The notes: a model not told the origin generated them from the letters alone. Positions 38,843 to 52,368 are shown, counted from the whole stretch's first letter. The stretch is 63,271 bases of DNA, filler included, from Reticulomyxa filosa (GCA_000512085.1; 23 parts of 23 records of this genome joined end to end with filler, not necessarily neighbours in it); one strand, 5' to 3'. Program-made: numbers and translations.

Positions 38843-40035
38843 ATGAACAATCAAGCCTTTCAAACTTTGAAGGAGTTACCCACTCCACTTAAAGAATCTC
38901 AATGTGTGTCACACAAATACGAACTCCTCATTTGTGGAGGTTATGAACAAAGAGCTTGTTATTCTTATCATACACTAAAAAACGAATACCAATTTATCTG
39001 TGAGTATCCACGTCATGTTGAATTATATGGACACTGTGTAGTGAAAATGGTAGATAACAACAACAAAAATAGTAATCAAATTACTTTGTTGTCTTTTGGT
39101 GGTGTACATAACCATACATTAGTGATGAAATATGTAAGTGTTTGGGGTAATATATCAAATAAATCAAGCAAGTCAAGCAATTTCAATCGATGGATTCCTT
39201 TCACAGACAATCACAATCGTCCAATTATCATTGGAAGAGAGCAAGATGATTATGGAGGAGTGCGTGCAGTAATTGGTGGAAGCAGTAATCATTTATTATT
39301 TATCACTCATTTTCGAAGTAATATTAGCGTGTTTGATTTAAATACATTTCAATTTATTCAACATGATACTTTACCAACTGATAATATTCAATATTATTGT
39401 TTTGTATTAAAGTCAAAAAATGAACGACGAGAAGAAATGATGAAAACAAATAAACAAAATTATCAAATGTTATTGTTTTGCAGAAAGATAGGATTATCAA
39501 TTGAATATGACGAAGGTAACAACTCTTTTCAATTTCATCAACTATCTGTTTGTAAGGATATTGCACCGCTCTATAAATATGCATATGTGTGTATCAATGA
39601 TGTCATTTTGTTCTTTGGTGGATGGAGTTATTCTAATGCTTTTTCAAAATCAGTTTACAAGTATTCAATCAGAGAAAACAAATGGATGACATTTGATAAC
39701 ACTTTATCCAATTCATTGAATAATTGTGTTGCAATATTGAGTGAAGAAGACAATGATATACACATTATTGGAGGAGAAAATGCTAAAAAGACAGCAGTAT
39801 CGACTCACATAAAGACTAAAATACGTATATGGGACCCTTCACAGTTGGTACTGCTTTGTTCTTTTATTTATTTATTTATTGATCAAACATAAATACATTT
39901 ATTGAATAAATAACAAATTATGAATAGTCAAAAAATGAAATAAAATATATTATCGAATATTGGATTCGAAATTTAAAAATAAGATTAGGATGGATTGATG
40001 ATTTTGATAAAATTATTATGAAATACAGCAGATGA
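38843..40035 (+). CDS. Kelch-type beta-propeller protein with a C-terminal module exon
   Basis: LLICGG, LLSFGG, ILFFGG and IHIIGG blades. Intron 39848-39927. Last exon SKNEIKYIIEYWIRNLKIRLGWIDDFDKIIMKYSR*. Confidence 0.85.
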
Positions 40036-40580
40036 AATAAATTTTGAAGAGGCACAATTAAAATATCTATTAACTATGCTTCTTTGGATATGGTTTAGTT
40101 TTTTTTTTTATAATTATGAAATTATTGGGTATTTTCAAATATAAACAAGATTCGAAATACTTTTTTTTTGAAACTTTATTTATTGACACTCCGTACCACG
40201 TTGTATAAAAAAGAGCAATATTTGATTTATGTAATCCTACTCCCTAATCTATGTATTATTAGATGTTTATTACACCAATACAAAAAATTCATAATTATTT
40301 TCGTTTGCTTTAATTAAATTAGTACTTCATGCATCTTTTTTTTAAAATATGTTTTTTTGAGCTAATTAGTTTTTATATAGAAAAAAAACTTTTTTGCCAA
40401 AAGAATATACACAAAAAATACATTTGAATTTAGTATTCTATGACGTTTAAGTTTTTTTTTAGTTTCAAAAAAGGTGAATATCACGGTTGAAATCTTTTAT
40501 TTTTGACTTTGTTCAAAAAGGAAAACAATGAATTAGTTTAAATTTTGTTTTAATTTGTTGCTTGTTTCGCATCTTTCCAG

Positions 40581-41531
40581 GTACTGCTACATCCTTTATT
40601 AAAACATTACTTTCTTATCAATCATCTATCAAGGTTTGATTTTATTTTTATTTTTTGTTTGTATTTTTATACATTTATTTATTTGAATACATAGGCAGAT
40701 GTAAATAGTGTATCGAAAGATTTTGAAGAAATAGTTGAAAAGCAAAAGTCAATTCAACAAGAAATTTATGAAAAATATTTGGAAAAGATAAAATTGAAAA
40801 ATCAAATGGATAAAGCAATTTTAAAATATACAAAATGCATAGAACAATATAACAATCTTTGCTCCATCGAAAGAGATATATTAATTCAAAAACAACAAAA
40901 AGAACAACAGCTAATAGTAATGAACCAGATTCATGTATTTGATAACAAAGTGTTGAAAGGCTTTAATGTATTGAATTCTAAATTACAAAAATTGATTGAA
41001 GAAAATCAGGAATTTGTAGAAAAAGAATGGAATGAGTTAGAAAAAAAAATGGAATAAATGGAATTCACAAGAAATTGCAATTTTCATTGGACATACTTTG
41101 AAATGTAAAAAATCAAAAATGAATCAATACAATGAAATTATTAAAAAAAATAGAATTGATGGAATATCTTTATCAAAATTATCAAAAACTGATTTGATGA
41201 GTATATTTGATTTTGAGACATCTTCTCAAGCTTGTAATATTTATAATTCATTCGATCAAATTTGTAAAAATATCCAATCAAAGTTATTGACTCTGATGAA
41301 GGTGTTCCACAGCAAGATATTCCAAAAGAATATATATGTCCATTATCTAATTCTATTATGAAAGATCCTGTAATTGCTTTAAATGGAATAACATATGATC
41401 AATCATCAATTATGAATCAATATCAAAATATTCCAAATTATTCTTCTTTGATGACAGATGGAAATTTAGAACTTTATCCTGATATTTCTTTGCAACAAAA
41501 AATCAAACATTTTTTGAAAAGTCTAAAGTGA
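40581..41531 (+). CDS. Coiled-coil - SAM - U-box protein (5'-incomplete or pseudogene)
   Basis: After correcting A-runs 41041-41049 and 41266-41270: SAM-like KWNSQEIAIFI...NRIDGISLSKLSKTDL and U-box IPKEYICPLSNSIMKDPVIALNGITYDQSSI...LYPDISLQQKI. Confidence 0.75.
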
Positions 41532-41995
41532 TTTTCATTTTTTTATGTGATGGTTTTTGTTTGTTTTTGTTTTGGATTAAGTAAACATGATGTTATCACA
41601 AATCAACCAAAACCAAAAAAAAAAGATTAATGAAAATAGTGTAATTGAATTGAAAGAACTTTATCAAGCAACACCATTTTCAAGCTAAATGCTCAATTCC
41701 CAAATAAGATCAAACAATGATCAACTAACAAAAAGAAACTCTATCTTGTTGTTGTATTCAAGCAGGACTTGGACGAGTCGTTCTTGCATTAGAAAAATAG
41801 TGTCACTTTGTGACAGCATAATNNNNNNNNNNNNNNNNNNNNNNNNNNNNNNNNNNNNNNNNNNNNTTAATTAATTAANNNNNNNNNNNNNNNNNNNNNN
41901 NNNNNNNNNNNNNNNNNNNNNNTATGTATATGTATATATATGTACATATATGCATATATGTATATACATATATATATGTATGTATATTGTATTAA

Positions 41996-43290
41996 ATAGT
42001 CTCCTAAACAGCAATCGTTTGGAATAAGTCCTTGCGTCATGTATTGCGTCGCATTTGCTGAGGACATCTTCTAGTTGTTCACGACTCCCCTCATTCAAGA
42101 AATAATTCACAATTTCAGAGATTGGTATTACCGCAGCATACCGCACATCTGCCATTCGATCATCGCACAACTGAAAGGCCAATGGCACGATGTTGTCCAC
42201 CACTTGTGTTGGTGTATACAACGAGCACATTTCGTCCAATTGTCTATTATTCATTACATATAATTTGTGTGTAATGCAAATGAAAAGAGATAGCTATTGT
42301 AATATTGTGGATATGTTCCTTTTTTCCCACATTATAAATCGATATATGTGTGTGTTTGAGGAGTATGTATATTTGTATTGAGGAGACACATGGAAGAACG
42401 TAACTCAGCCAACAAGAGTCGGAACCTCCAATTGGCATCGGACTCGGAGCTAAGTTCCCATAATGTGTTCAAATGCTCTGCGCGCTTTTGATCGCTAAAC
42501 ACACGTAAAATCTTCCAAAAGTTGGTGATTATGCCCGCTCGAATCTACAAATTATATATACATATATATATATATATATGTATATATAAAGTAAGGAAGT
42601 GAAATGTACATGGGTCACATATGAGTGGGGACCACACACACACATACAAAGATAAAAGATTTAAAAAAAAGAACGGACATCGTCAATGTCTTTGAGAAAA
42701 AACTCAATGGCAGTGATCAAATACTTTTCAGTCAATTCAGTGCCCAAAATGGAACAAATTTCATGGACAGAACATGCCAAAGTTTTTCGGGATTTGAACG
42801 ACTTTCGCACCAAAGCGTTGTACGTTTCGTGCAGTTCTTCCCACCGGCCTTTGCCTAAGGCTAAGGCAACGCCAGGGAAGTTGAAGGCACAATGAGTGGT
42901 GCAGTCGGCATCCGCTTCCGCACTTGAAAGGTTCGGAATGTTGGTGAAATACTTTAAAAACTCACGACTCACTTGGTCCGATCGCAATGTGGACAAAAAC
43001 GGTCCCAATTGTTCATACGCACTATTTCTTACCCATCGTGAACTCTTTTTTTTTTAAAAAAAAAAAAAAAAAAGAAAGCAACATTTTGATTCAACTTAAA
43101 CAAACAAACAAAAAATGAAATAAGAATGAAACAAAACATCATTGAGAAATTGTTCCATGAGTGAAACAAGAGCGCTTCTGGATTCTTGGTGAATCGCATT
43201 CGACACATTGACAAAGCTCTCCACACAGCCCTTTCGCACACTCCATATCGTGTCTTGGCACAAACTCTTAAATATGGGTAACTTTTGCAT
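41996..43290 (-). CDS. PPP4R1: Protein phosphatase 4 regulatory subunit 1 (HEAT repeats), partial
   Basis: LCQDTIWSVRKGC, SRWVRNSAYEQLGPF, HCAFNFPGVALALG..RW, RKTLACSVHE, NWRFR, LCDDRMADVR. Confidence 0.8.
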
Positions 43291-43409
43291 TTTTTTTGGG
43301 GGGGGGGGGNNNNNNNNNNNNNNNNNNNNNNNNNNNNNNNNNNNNNNNNNNNNTTAATTAATTAANNNNNNNNNNNNNNNNNNNNNNNNNNNNNNNNNNN
43401 NNNNNNNNN

Positions 43410-43960
43410 CCAACGAAACCTCCAACGAAACCTCCAACGAAACCTCCAACGAAACCTCCAACGAAACTTCCGACAAGATCCCCAACAAAGCCTCCAACAA
43501 CAAAAAAACCAACGAAGCGTCCAACGAGACGTCCAACACGCTCGCCTACAAAACGGCCAACACGCTCGCCTACACACCGTCCCTCCAAAGCACCCACAGC
43601 TACTCCGACAGTTTATATTCCATCAACTCGACAACCGACATCTTTGCCCACGTATTCTGTTTGTGGATTAGTGGACATGGGTTGGGGGCCCTATTCGGAT
43701 TGTTCGAAGCCTTGGTGAGTTTATCCAAGTTGTTTGCTATTCATACTTTTGCGTTTTCCCCCCCCCCCCCTCCCCCATTTCTGAATACAACAAAAACAAA
43801 ATCAAAACAAAAAATTAAACAACTGGATTCGAATAATAGTGGCAGTGGTACTCGCACTCGTACGAAGGAGGTAATCTTTTTTGATTGTGTCAATCATGTG
43901 ACAAGTGTAGTTGCTCGATTTGTTCAAACTGTCGCGTGCAATACAAATCCATGCACTTAA
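43410..43960 (+). CDS. Pro/Thr-rich mucin-like stalk plus C-terminal thrombospondin type-1 domain, partial
   Basis: PTKP/PTRS repeats from a 12-nt unit. Intron 43715-43839 joins GWGPYSDCSKPC to GSGTRTRTK...C...ACNTNPCT*. Confidence 0.8.
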
Positions 43961-45579
43961 GCCACTGGCAATCAAAAACAAACAAATTGGCAAACATTAA
44001 AAAGAGGAAGACATTTTAAACTTTTCTAAAAGTAAAATAAGTGTCAGTTTATTGTTTGTGTGTGTGTGTGTTTTTTTTTTTTCTTTCCCTCTCTCTCTCT
44101 CATCATCTTTTTTTTTTTTTCTTTAACGTGAATTTTTTTTTGGAAGACTTGAATTACGTGTCAATTGTAAGAAATTGTGTCCAACCATTCATACATATGG
44201 AGGAGAAACAAAAAAAAAATTGGTGATATTTCATGTCTGATGTCTCTCGTTGTTGTTTTTCAGTTGCTTTGGCTATATGTCAGCTTGTTGGTTTGTCACT
44301 CAGTCGATTTCGTCAGTGTAGCGATTTTAGTGTCTGTTTTGTTGGTGCGTGTATATGTATGCGTTTCTGTGTGTCATCTTTGATCATTTATGTTCGTGAT
44401 CAAGTTGTGATGGATCTTGTATATGTTGCGGGTTGTGCCCCCATCATTTTCATCTTTTTTTGTTTTTGTTTTTTCCCCTCCTTTGTGCTCTTCTTTCACT
44501 GACTCGGAAAAGGGACTTAACAATTACAACATTATAATACTATGTTTTTCTCAGTTACACAAATTTTGGGGTTGATCAGAAAGAGAAGAAAAAGGCGACT
44601 NNNNNNNNNNNNNNNNNNNNNNNNNNNNNNNNNNNNNNNNNNNNTTAATTAATTAANNNNNNNNNNNNNNNNNNNNNNNNNNNNNNNNNNNNNNNNNNNN
44701 TTCATTAACCTTACTTTTTACATTCAGATAGGTTTTTTTCAAAAAAAAAAAGGCGTAAAAAAAACCAAAATTTTTAATTTTCGTTTTTTTTACGTCCTTT
44801 GTCTTTATAAATTAGTATTACATATCACATAAAAAAAAAAAGATAAAGCTGCGAAGATAATAAATTCAATACAAAACAGTATGTATAAAAAATATACTTA
44901 AAGAAACATGTGCAACTACGTTTTTTTATTACTTATTAATTGCTGAAATAACAAAATTGTTTATTTGATTGTTACATAATTGATTCGTTAAGAGAAGATG
45001 AAAAAGAAAAAGAATAAAAAAAAAGAACATCAAGTGACAGTGTCACAAGGAAAACTATGACCACGTAATGGATGTTATTTGTGAAAATATTTTATTTAAT
45101 TTATTTTGGATGGACTTGATAATATATTTGATAAATATAACATAATAATATTAATGAAAGATGAAAATGAATAAAAAAAATAAAATAAATGATAATTTGA
45201 ATTGTATAATACAAAGATATTATAATGATGGAAGGATCATTTTTACTTCGAAAATATTAACTGTATTACCATCATTAATGATGTAATACTCCATTGGAAC
45301 TAAAATATCAACCACTAATTCAATCCTAAAAAATCAAATTTATATTTTAACAATATTGTCAAGATTTGGAATTTGAAATATTTATTCACTACAAAATTCT
45401 TGAAACCATTTACTGTTTGCTCATTTTGTAGTAAGTGTTTATTTATTTATTTTTAATAGGTGATTTTTAATTTGATAATAATTAATATATGCTATAAAGC
45501 TAAAATAATATTATACTATTTATCTCTTTTTATTATCGCGTATGAATAAATGTTGACAGATATGGACAAGTGTCATTTT

Positions 45580-46350
45580 GCATGTACAGTAGGAGTTGGT
45601 TTGTAAATAATGTTTTGGAATATAACGTGTCTCCAGTCCAATCCAATGAGCGCATACGACTTATGCGGATGCGATGCTTGGAACTGCATAATTCGACTAG
45701 ACGCATTTGATATCGTGTTTATTATCTCTCCGATAATTTGCGACGGATATGAAACTCCAGTTGCAAGTTATCCACTTCGTGAATTACACATCGTTGATGG
45801 ATAGATTGAACCATTGTATGAATGACGTGCTAGTCGATGCTTGCACAACCCATCTTCATTCGTTGACCATACTTGCAACAATGTGCTTTTCAACGATCAT
45901 TTTGTGAAATTCACACTGTCAACAATGAATTGCATGGCAGTCTCTCCTTCATCCGTTAATTTCCAGAATTGATCCACGAGCATTTCACTCCAAACACATT
46001 ATTTCCTCCATTTGTCTCTTTCGACGATATCATATGAAATTAGCTATTGTTCGATCCACAGCACGTTCAGTCCTTGTGCGTTCACCATATTACAATCATA
46101 TTGGTCCACTTGCTGTTCTCAATGTTCACTTCATACACCGATCCGACAAAGATTCAAAACGTGTCATCTCTACGAACAGCATTATCAAACGTCTTCGTAA
46201 TCGTCATTGTACTAATGGTAGAATTTTCAAGTGTCATATTGACCAAAGTGCGTCTTCATCTTCTGACGCATGCAAGAATCAGCATTTGCTCTCGCTATTG
46301 TCGCTCTTCAGTAGTACGTACTCGCAGCTGTGGAAGTAGCGTTCATATGG
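45580..46350 (-). pseudogene. Degraded coding-like segment
   Basis: More GC-rich than its flanks. Short protein-like pieces (VNMTLENSTISTM, VGSVYEVNIENSKW, FIVDSVNF) are broken by stops and shifts. Confidence 0.3.
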
Positions 46351-46534
46351 ATTTGCTTCACGTGTTTATATANNNNNNNNNNNNNNNNNNNNNNNNNNNN
46401 NNNNNNNNNNNNNNNNTTAATTAATTAANNNNNNNNNNNNNNNNNNNNNNNNNNNNNNNNNNNNNNNNNNNNTTCCGAAATTGATTTTTGTGGCAATTTA
46501 TCACAATTACTTTTATTTCAAAATATTTTTTTCT

Positions 46535-47011
46535 TTAATTTATATCTTCATCTTCACTCGATTCAGTGCTTTCATTGCTACTTTCATATAACATGCTGTT
46601 CTTGTAGTCCTTGATTTGTTTATTCTTCCACTTAATGGATTGAACCTTATTGTCTTTTGCTGACAATTTTAATGTCTGTTTGTTCCATTTCATTGAATTA
46701 TTGGAAATATTGCTTATGTTAGTTATGGATTTGTGATCCATCCAGTTGTCATCTTTTGTTTTCATCATTTGCATCCTTTTTGACTTTAATTTTAAAACGC
46801 TGTATTCGTCATATAGTTTGCCTTGTAATATTGAAGATTCTATTTCTTTCTTATTTTCGTTTTCAGCTACACGTTTCATGTACTTGACTAGGCTTTCTGA
46901 CTCACTGAAAGTAACATAAGGTGCTATTTTTTTTTCACACGTAGCTAATTCTTCTTCGATTTGTGCCAATTGGCTCTTGAAGCCGTTCATATTTACTCCT
47001 CTTTGAGCCAT
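46535..47011 (-). CDS. Hypothetical coiled-coil protein
   Basis: Intronless ORF from ATG 47011 with a heptad-like segment and an acidic tail. Confidence 0.5.
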   Translation of the reverse strand: MAQRGVNMNGFKSQLAQIEEELATCEKKIAPYVTFSESESLVKYMKRVAENENKKEIESSILQGKLYDEYSVLKLKSKRMQMMKTKDDNWMDHKSITNISNISNNSMKWNKQTLKLSAKDNKVQSIKWKNKQIKDYKNSMLYESSNESTESSEDEDIN

Positions 47012-47359
47012 TTGTTTTGTAAACAAGGGGGCAGTTTTGGGAGAGAGACAAGTTTTCAAAAAAATATGTAACACGTCAAGCAAAATTTTATGTAAAAAAA
47101 TGCATTATATCCTATTTTTACTTAATAGAGGCCATAATCTTGAGCGTTGCGTGCTGAAATTGTTTGAAAAGTTTTTTGTGAAGTTGGAACGGATCGAAAA
47201 TAATAAAACCCAATTAAATAGACTGTAACATTAAAAAAAATACAAAGTTCCTTCCCTGTCTGTCATAATAAAAAAAAAAATAAAACAAAAACTCTTAAAT
47301 ATGAGTTCGTGCATTGAAGAACTCAATGATCCAAGCAGAGATATGTTTTTGTTTTTTTT

Positions 47360-49482
47360 TCATGATTTGGTATTCTCGACAATGAAAGGATGCATGAAAA
47401 TGGACGACAAAGGCAATCGTTTGATAGGATTTTTTTGAAGTAGTTTCGAAATAAAATCACGTGCTACGGGCGACAGATGGTCTGGAAAATTGAGATCGAC
47501 TTTGGAAATCTTGCGATAAGTATCACGATGTCCAGAAGACTCGAAAGGAGGTTTCCCAACCAAAAATTCATAAGTCAACACACCCAAACTCCAATTGTCT
47601 ACGCTAGCGTCATGGTATCTGCCTTCGACCATTTCAGGAGGTAAATAATCCAATGTCCCACAAAGTGTTGTCCGACGTGTTTCTGGTCCAGGGTTGTGGA
47701 CACACCACCCAAAATCGCCAATTTTAATGTCTCCTTAATTCAAAAGAGGAAAAAAACAAGAGAAAAAGGGTGTGTCCAAATTCGAAATAATGATAACTTC
47801 GTGTTTTTGTTTGTTTGTATATAAATAATTTCAAAACCTTGATGTCCGATAAGTAAATTTTCGGGCTTTATGTCTCGATGAATGACATTTTTTTTGTGGC
47901 AATACAACAAAGCTCCTGCGAGAGCTTTAATGTACTTTGCTGTTGTTTGCTCCGAAAAATAGTGTTCTTGTTGAAGTTTTTTGTACAGCTCCCCTTCTGC
48001 AGCATATTCCAAAATCAAATACACTCGCATATCATCATAAAAATAGCCATACAATCGTAAAACAATTTGGATGTCTTTTTTTTTTTTTTTTTTTTGTAGC
48101 AATTGAGTTCAATCATAGTTATAGTCAAACAAATGGAATAGAAAAAGATATACCTCAAATGTGCTTGTATTTCAATTTCGCGTTTCAGCTGATATTCGAC
48201 ATTGGCTTGTTGCAATTGTTTCTTATACAAAACTTTCAACGCACAAACAAATTTGGATTGTTTTTCTCGTGCCAAGTACACACTCCCAAACTTTCCTCGT
48301 CCCAAATTTTTGCCAATGTCAAAGTCCGATATTTGCCATTTGCGTTTTTGTGTTGACATCATCGGATCTTGTGCGAAATACATGATGTCGTTCTTCCCTC
48401 TATTCATGAGTCTATTTTTAGTCAGTGCAAATCCCTCCTTCCTCCCTTACTTCTGTACATATATAAAATATATATTTATGTATAAACATATATGTATATA
48501 TATATTATGAAAGCACTTCCCTTTTCTTTTCCTTATCCAAACATAAAAATAGCAGAGTATCAAAGAACAGAACAAATGAATAAATAAACGACTCACTTTG
48601 GATCAGAGAACAAATCCGGCTGTTGCAAAGTTTCAATTTTGTCAATGAACGAAGGAAGAGCTGCCAATTTAACAAAGTCCTCTTCACATTTGGTGTTTTC
48701 CTTGTTGCTCAAGTCCGACGGCAGCGGATTATAAGCAGTGCATGTCGACATTATAACAGGATCCACTTCACCTTCCAAGGGCATGTCCACTTTGTGGTCA
48801 TTGTCCGCGGTGTTGAAGGGAGCAACCCAAGACTGATCCTCCTTGGCAGGACATCGTATTGCACAAGCAAAGACAGAGGTGTCTGAAATCACTGGTTCCA
48901 ATGGCATGGCATTGAATGGATCGCCGAGTGGTTGGCTTTTGTATGTGGGCAAAGTCTCTTTTGTCGCATCGATCAGTGGAGCGTGCTTTGCTGGGATAGG
49001 ACAAATGGAATGAGTGTCGAATACCAGTGAAAACTCCGCATTTCTTTTTTGTTCTGGTCATGCGATGCTTGTTTCGACACGTCCGAGTTTGGAATGTCTG
49101 TCGTCCACAATTGACTCAGCGGACGTTTCACTGCTGTCACTGTCAATCTTTTAGGAGAGGTTATCTTCTTCATTGCGTTGCAACTATTGCTAGTTGTGTC
49201 CACAGACAATGTGACCATGTTATTGCTATTACTATTGTCATTGTTATTGCCATTGCTATTACCATTGCTATTGTTGTCATTGGTTTGACAAGGTGCATCA
49301 TCATGTCTCGGTGCAACAATATCCACCATTGTATTCGCATTGTCAACGTCCATTATGCAAGTTCTCTCCATCGCATGGCCTCCAGAGCTTGGCATTTCTG
49401 TCTTGTTGCTGTCATTTGCAGCATGATTGCAACTCTGCACACCCAATTCACAACTTGAGGAAACACCTGCTTCTTTTATCTC
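47360..49482 (-). CDS. Aurora kinase, probably with a long disordered N-terminus
   Basis: [68 protein letters not shown]. 1-nt shifts near 48059-48066 and 49041-49050. The join to the upstream ORFs is less certain. Confidence 0.9.
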
Positions 49483-50683
49483 NNNNNNNNNNNNNNNNNN
49501 NNNNNNNNNNNNNNNNNNNNNNNNNNTTAATTAATTAANNNNNNNNNNNNNNNNNNNNNNNNNNNNNNNNNNNNNNNNNNNNATAAAAGAATAATATTGT
49601 GGAGGTATGAAATTACCATCCTATTCCGGGTGTTTAAATATTCACAGTAAAAAAAAGAACTTGATCCACAATTCTTGTATACTTTTCCAAATAAAAGATG
49701 TTTGTTATTTTGATAATTAAAATGTAAATCTCCAGTTTGTAAAAAGTAAAGAAGAAATTTCAAGCAATAATTATCAATGAAAGAAAACATGAAAATGCAA
49801 ACAAGTGTGGAAATCTATGACAACAAATTAGATTTGAAAACAAATTGTGATTGATTTGTATTTTTTGTTTCACTGAGTTGAGTTGAACTTAGTCGAAAAG
49901 GAAGTTGTAAGAGTGCTCTTTTTTTTAGTTTGAATGACCCAAAAAGAAGAAAAGGTAGTAACAGTACGAAAATGTTGGTTATTCTTGTGTGATCTCCTAC
50001 CCTTTATCTTTAGCCTTGGGACAATACATTTTTTACTTGCTTGTCAATTTGGCAACGCTTGTTCACTGTCTGACCTCACGTCTCCAATTTTGTCTAAGTC
50101 TCTTATTACAGCAGACAGGAACAATTTAGATTCAGCAAATCTAGTAAAAGAGCACAATATTTGTGTCTTTGTCATAACCACAACATGAGACAATGCTCAA
50201 GAGACGAAAGAAGATCAATTTTCTCGAACAGTATTGCACTTTTCAAAAGAAAAAATAGCCTGTATTCTTTAATACTTAAGCATTTCGATCATTAACTCGA
50301 ATACATTTTTGCAGTAAAAATGTTGAATAGTGAATGTTTTTTGTCTTATCTTCTTGATCAGTTTGGATATTTTTTATCTAACAACTAGTTTTATTTGTTT
50401 TCTGCTCTTCCCTTTTTGAACTAGAGTTGATTAGCCATCATTACAATTTTACTGATGAGATTTACTCTCGTGGACTTGCCTTATTTCAGAGACTTTGACG
50501 TCTATTGCACAAATGTGTGTTTTTGTGTTGATTGTGGAAAATGAAATAACAACAAAAGATTTCTGAGTGAGTAGAACATTAAAATAAAATAGGTCGGACA
50601 AGGAAGCATGTATGTTGACATCCCAGCAAATAATGATTTATTTTGGTTGTTTGGAACAAAAAACATAACACTTTAAAAAAAAG

Positions 50684-50890
50684 GTGTGCTTCAGCTTGAA
50701 GAAATGGGCTATAAAATGGAGGAAATCGCAAAGGCGCTCAAAGCTTATCAAGTTTTGTGCTCTTTTGTTATTGAAGCGTTAATGCAAACAGAAAATTTGC
50801 AATGAAAACAACGGAATGAACAGGAAAAATATGGTAACGAATATGACTTCGAATTGATTCAAGATATAGCTCATAATAGCCACAAAGAAG
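50684..50890 (+). CDS. Exons with a UBA-like motif, partial
   Basis: VLQLEEMGYKMEEIAKAL (MGY motif) splices to EKYGNEYDFELIQDI. Confidence 0.4.
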
Positions 50891-51126
50891 TTGCACTTTT
50901 TNNNNNNNNNNNNNNNNNNNNNNNNNNNNNNNNNNNNNNNNNNNNTTAATTAATTAANNNNNNNNNNNNNNNNNNNNNNNNNNNNNNNNNNNNNNNNNNN
51001 NGTGCCCCAAAGAATCCCTGACCTGTGCAAAATCATGAACATCCCCAAAGTCCGGTAGCTGTCCTACGCCAAGCACGGTAGAGCCCCTACATTGGCAAAA
51101 GACAGATAGCTTCCATTCTAGACTAC

Positions 51127-51345
51127 ATGAATTCCATCACCACGTCTGATCAGACCCAAATCTTCGGAGGCCGTCGTTTCCTCAAGAGTGGCGCAGTGAT
51201 GGAGCTTCTAGGCTATCAGGACCGGGCCTCATTCTGGGATTTCGTGAAGCGCAGCGGAGTGCCCCATGTCCGCCTGAATGCCCGGCGGATTCTCTTTGAA
51301 GAGCAGGCGCTGTCGGACTGGATTCGTAGGCGGAGCGTTTCATGA
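51127..51345 (+). CDS. Excisionase/AlpA-like HTH protein
   Basis: 72 aa. FLKSGAVMELLGY...VPHVRLNARRILFEEQALSDWI fits the MerR-like winged-HTH excisionase pattern. Confidence 0.7.
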   Translation: MNSITTSDQTQIFGGRRFLKSGAVMELLGYQDRASFWDFVKRSGVPHVRLNARRILFEEQALSDWIRRRSVS

Positions 51346-51432
51346 GGAGAGTGAGCGGTTAGTAAAAAACCGACAAGGAGCGCACCGTACCGCCGGCAAA
51401 ACACCACTTCCTGAGAGTAAAATCAATGCTGG

Positions 51433-52225
51433 CTACTTGCCGCTATCCTTGTCGGATATGGATTCAGACCGTAGGTGATAGAGCCAGACACGCCAGGCAT
51501 CAACCGTCGCTCTTCGATTCTCATCGGAGTTGCCATTGACGATACTGACAAAACCTACGCCCGTCGTCTTCACCAGAATTCCATCGAGCGCGTCGACGAC
51601 CTTCTCCGGCTTATAGAGTGCATGGGCTTCCCAGTGCGCGGGAGAGTTTGAAATCTGAAGCCACTCTGCGGCGACATTGCGACGATCATCCATCAGTCGG
51701 ATGATCGCCGGCACATAATCAGGACCAAGGCCTAATAGCTTTTCGAACGCCGCCTCGGCTTTGCCTTGTACGGTTGTTTCGTCGAGCAGCCGTCGGACAA
51801 TCTCGATTTCCTTTGTGCTCACCGGTGCGAGCCCTTGGGGAAATTGCACTACTAATTTATGCTGCGTGGCGATCTCAGCGCGGACCTGCCCTAGGAATAC
51901 TGCATCGGCGATTGCCACCGCGTCAGGCGTGGATCCTGCAAAGTAGATTGCACTTCGATCCCCCTCTGTGCGGAGCGTGAAGACAACCACCTTACGTCCA
52001 TTCAGACCAGCGAGTGCCCCAAAGCTAGGAGAATAACTGTGTGGTTCTGTATACCACCGTATGACGAATGACCGGGCAGCAGCACCCTTGAGAAACTCCG
52101 CATCGTTAAGGCACAAATCAACGTAGTCGTGTTTGCTGTTCGTCTGATGATCTTCAATTTCTTTCACGGGCACCTGTAGTGTTCCGACAGCAATTACGGG
52201 GGCCGCTGCAACCCTGTGCCAGAGT
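51433..52225 (-). CDS. Bacterial hypothetical protein, 5'-truncated
   Basis: Frame is open to the contig edge, at least 246 aa. Confidence 0.65.
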
Positions 52226-52325
52226 NNNNNNNNNNNNNNNNNNNNNNNNNNNNNNNNNNNNNNNNNNNNTTAATTAATTAANNNNNNNNNNNNNNNNNNN
52301 NNNNNNNNNNNNNNNNNNNNNNNNN

Positions 52326-52364
<39 letters not shown>

Positions 52365-52368
52365 TAGC

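Larger units (their letters stand above)
51002..52225. other. Bacterial contig (co-sequenced organism)
   Basis: Balanced base composition, no homopolymer tracts or introns, and dense bacterial-type ORFs. Confidence 0.85.

Noticed and set aside
43410-43470. 12-nt direct repeats as a CRISPR-like array
   Set aside because: They are tandem with no spacers and code for PTKP.
43358-43597. VGGF-repeat ORF and other antisense ORFs (e.g. 1226..1990, 25520..25984, 26920..27213)
   Set aside because: They are shadows of real genes on the opposite strand.
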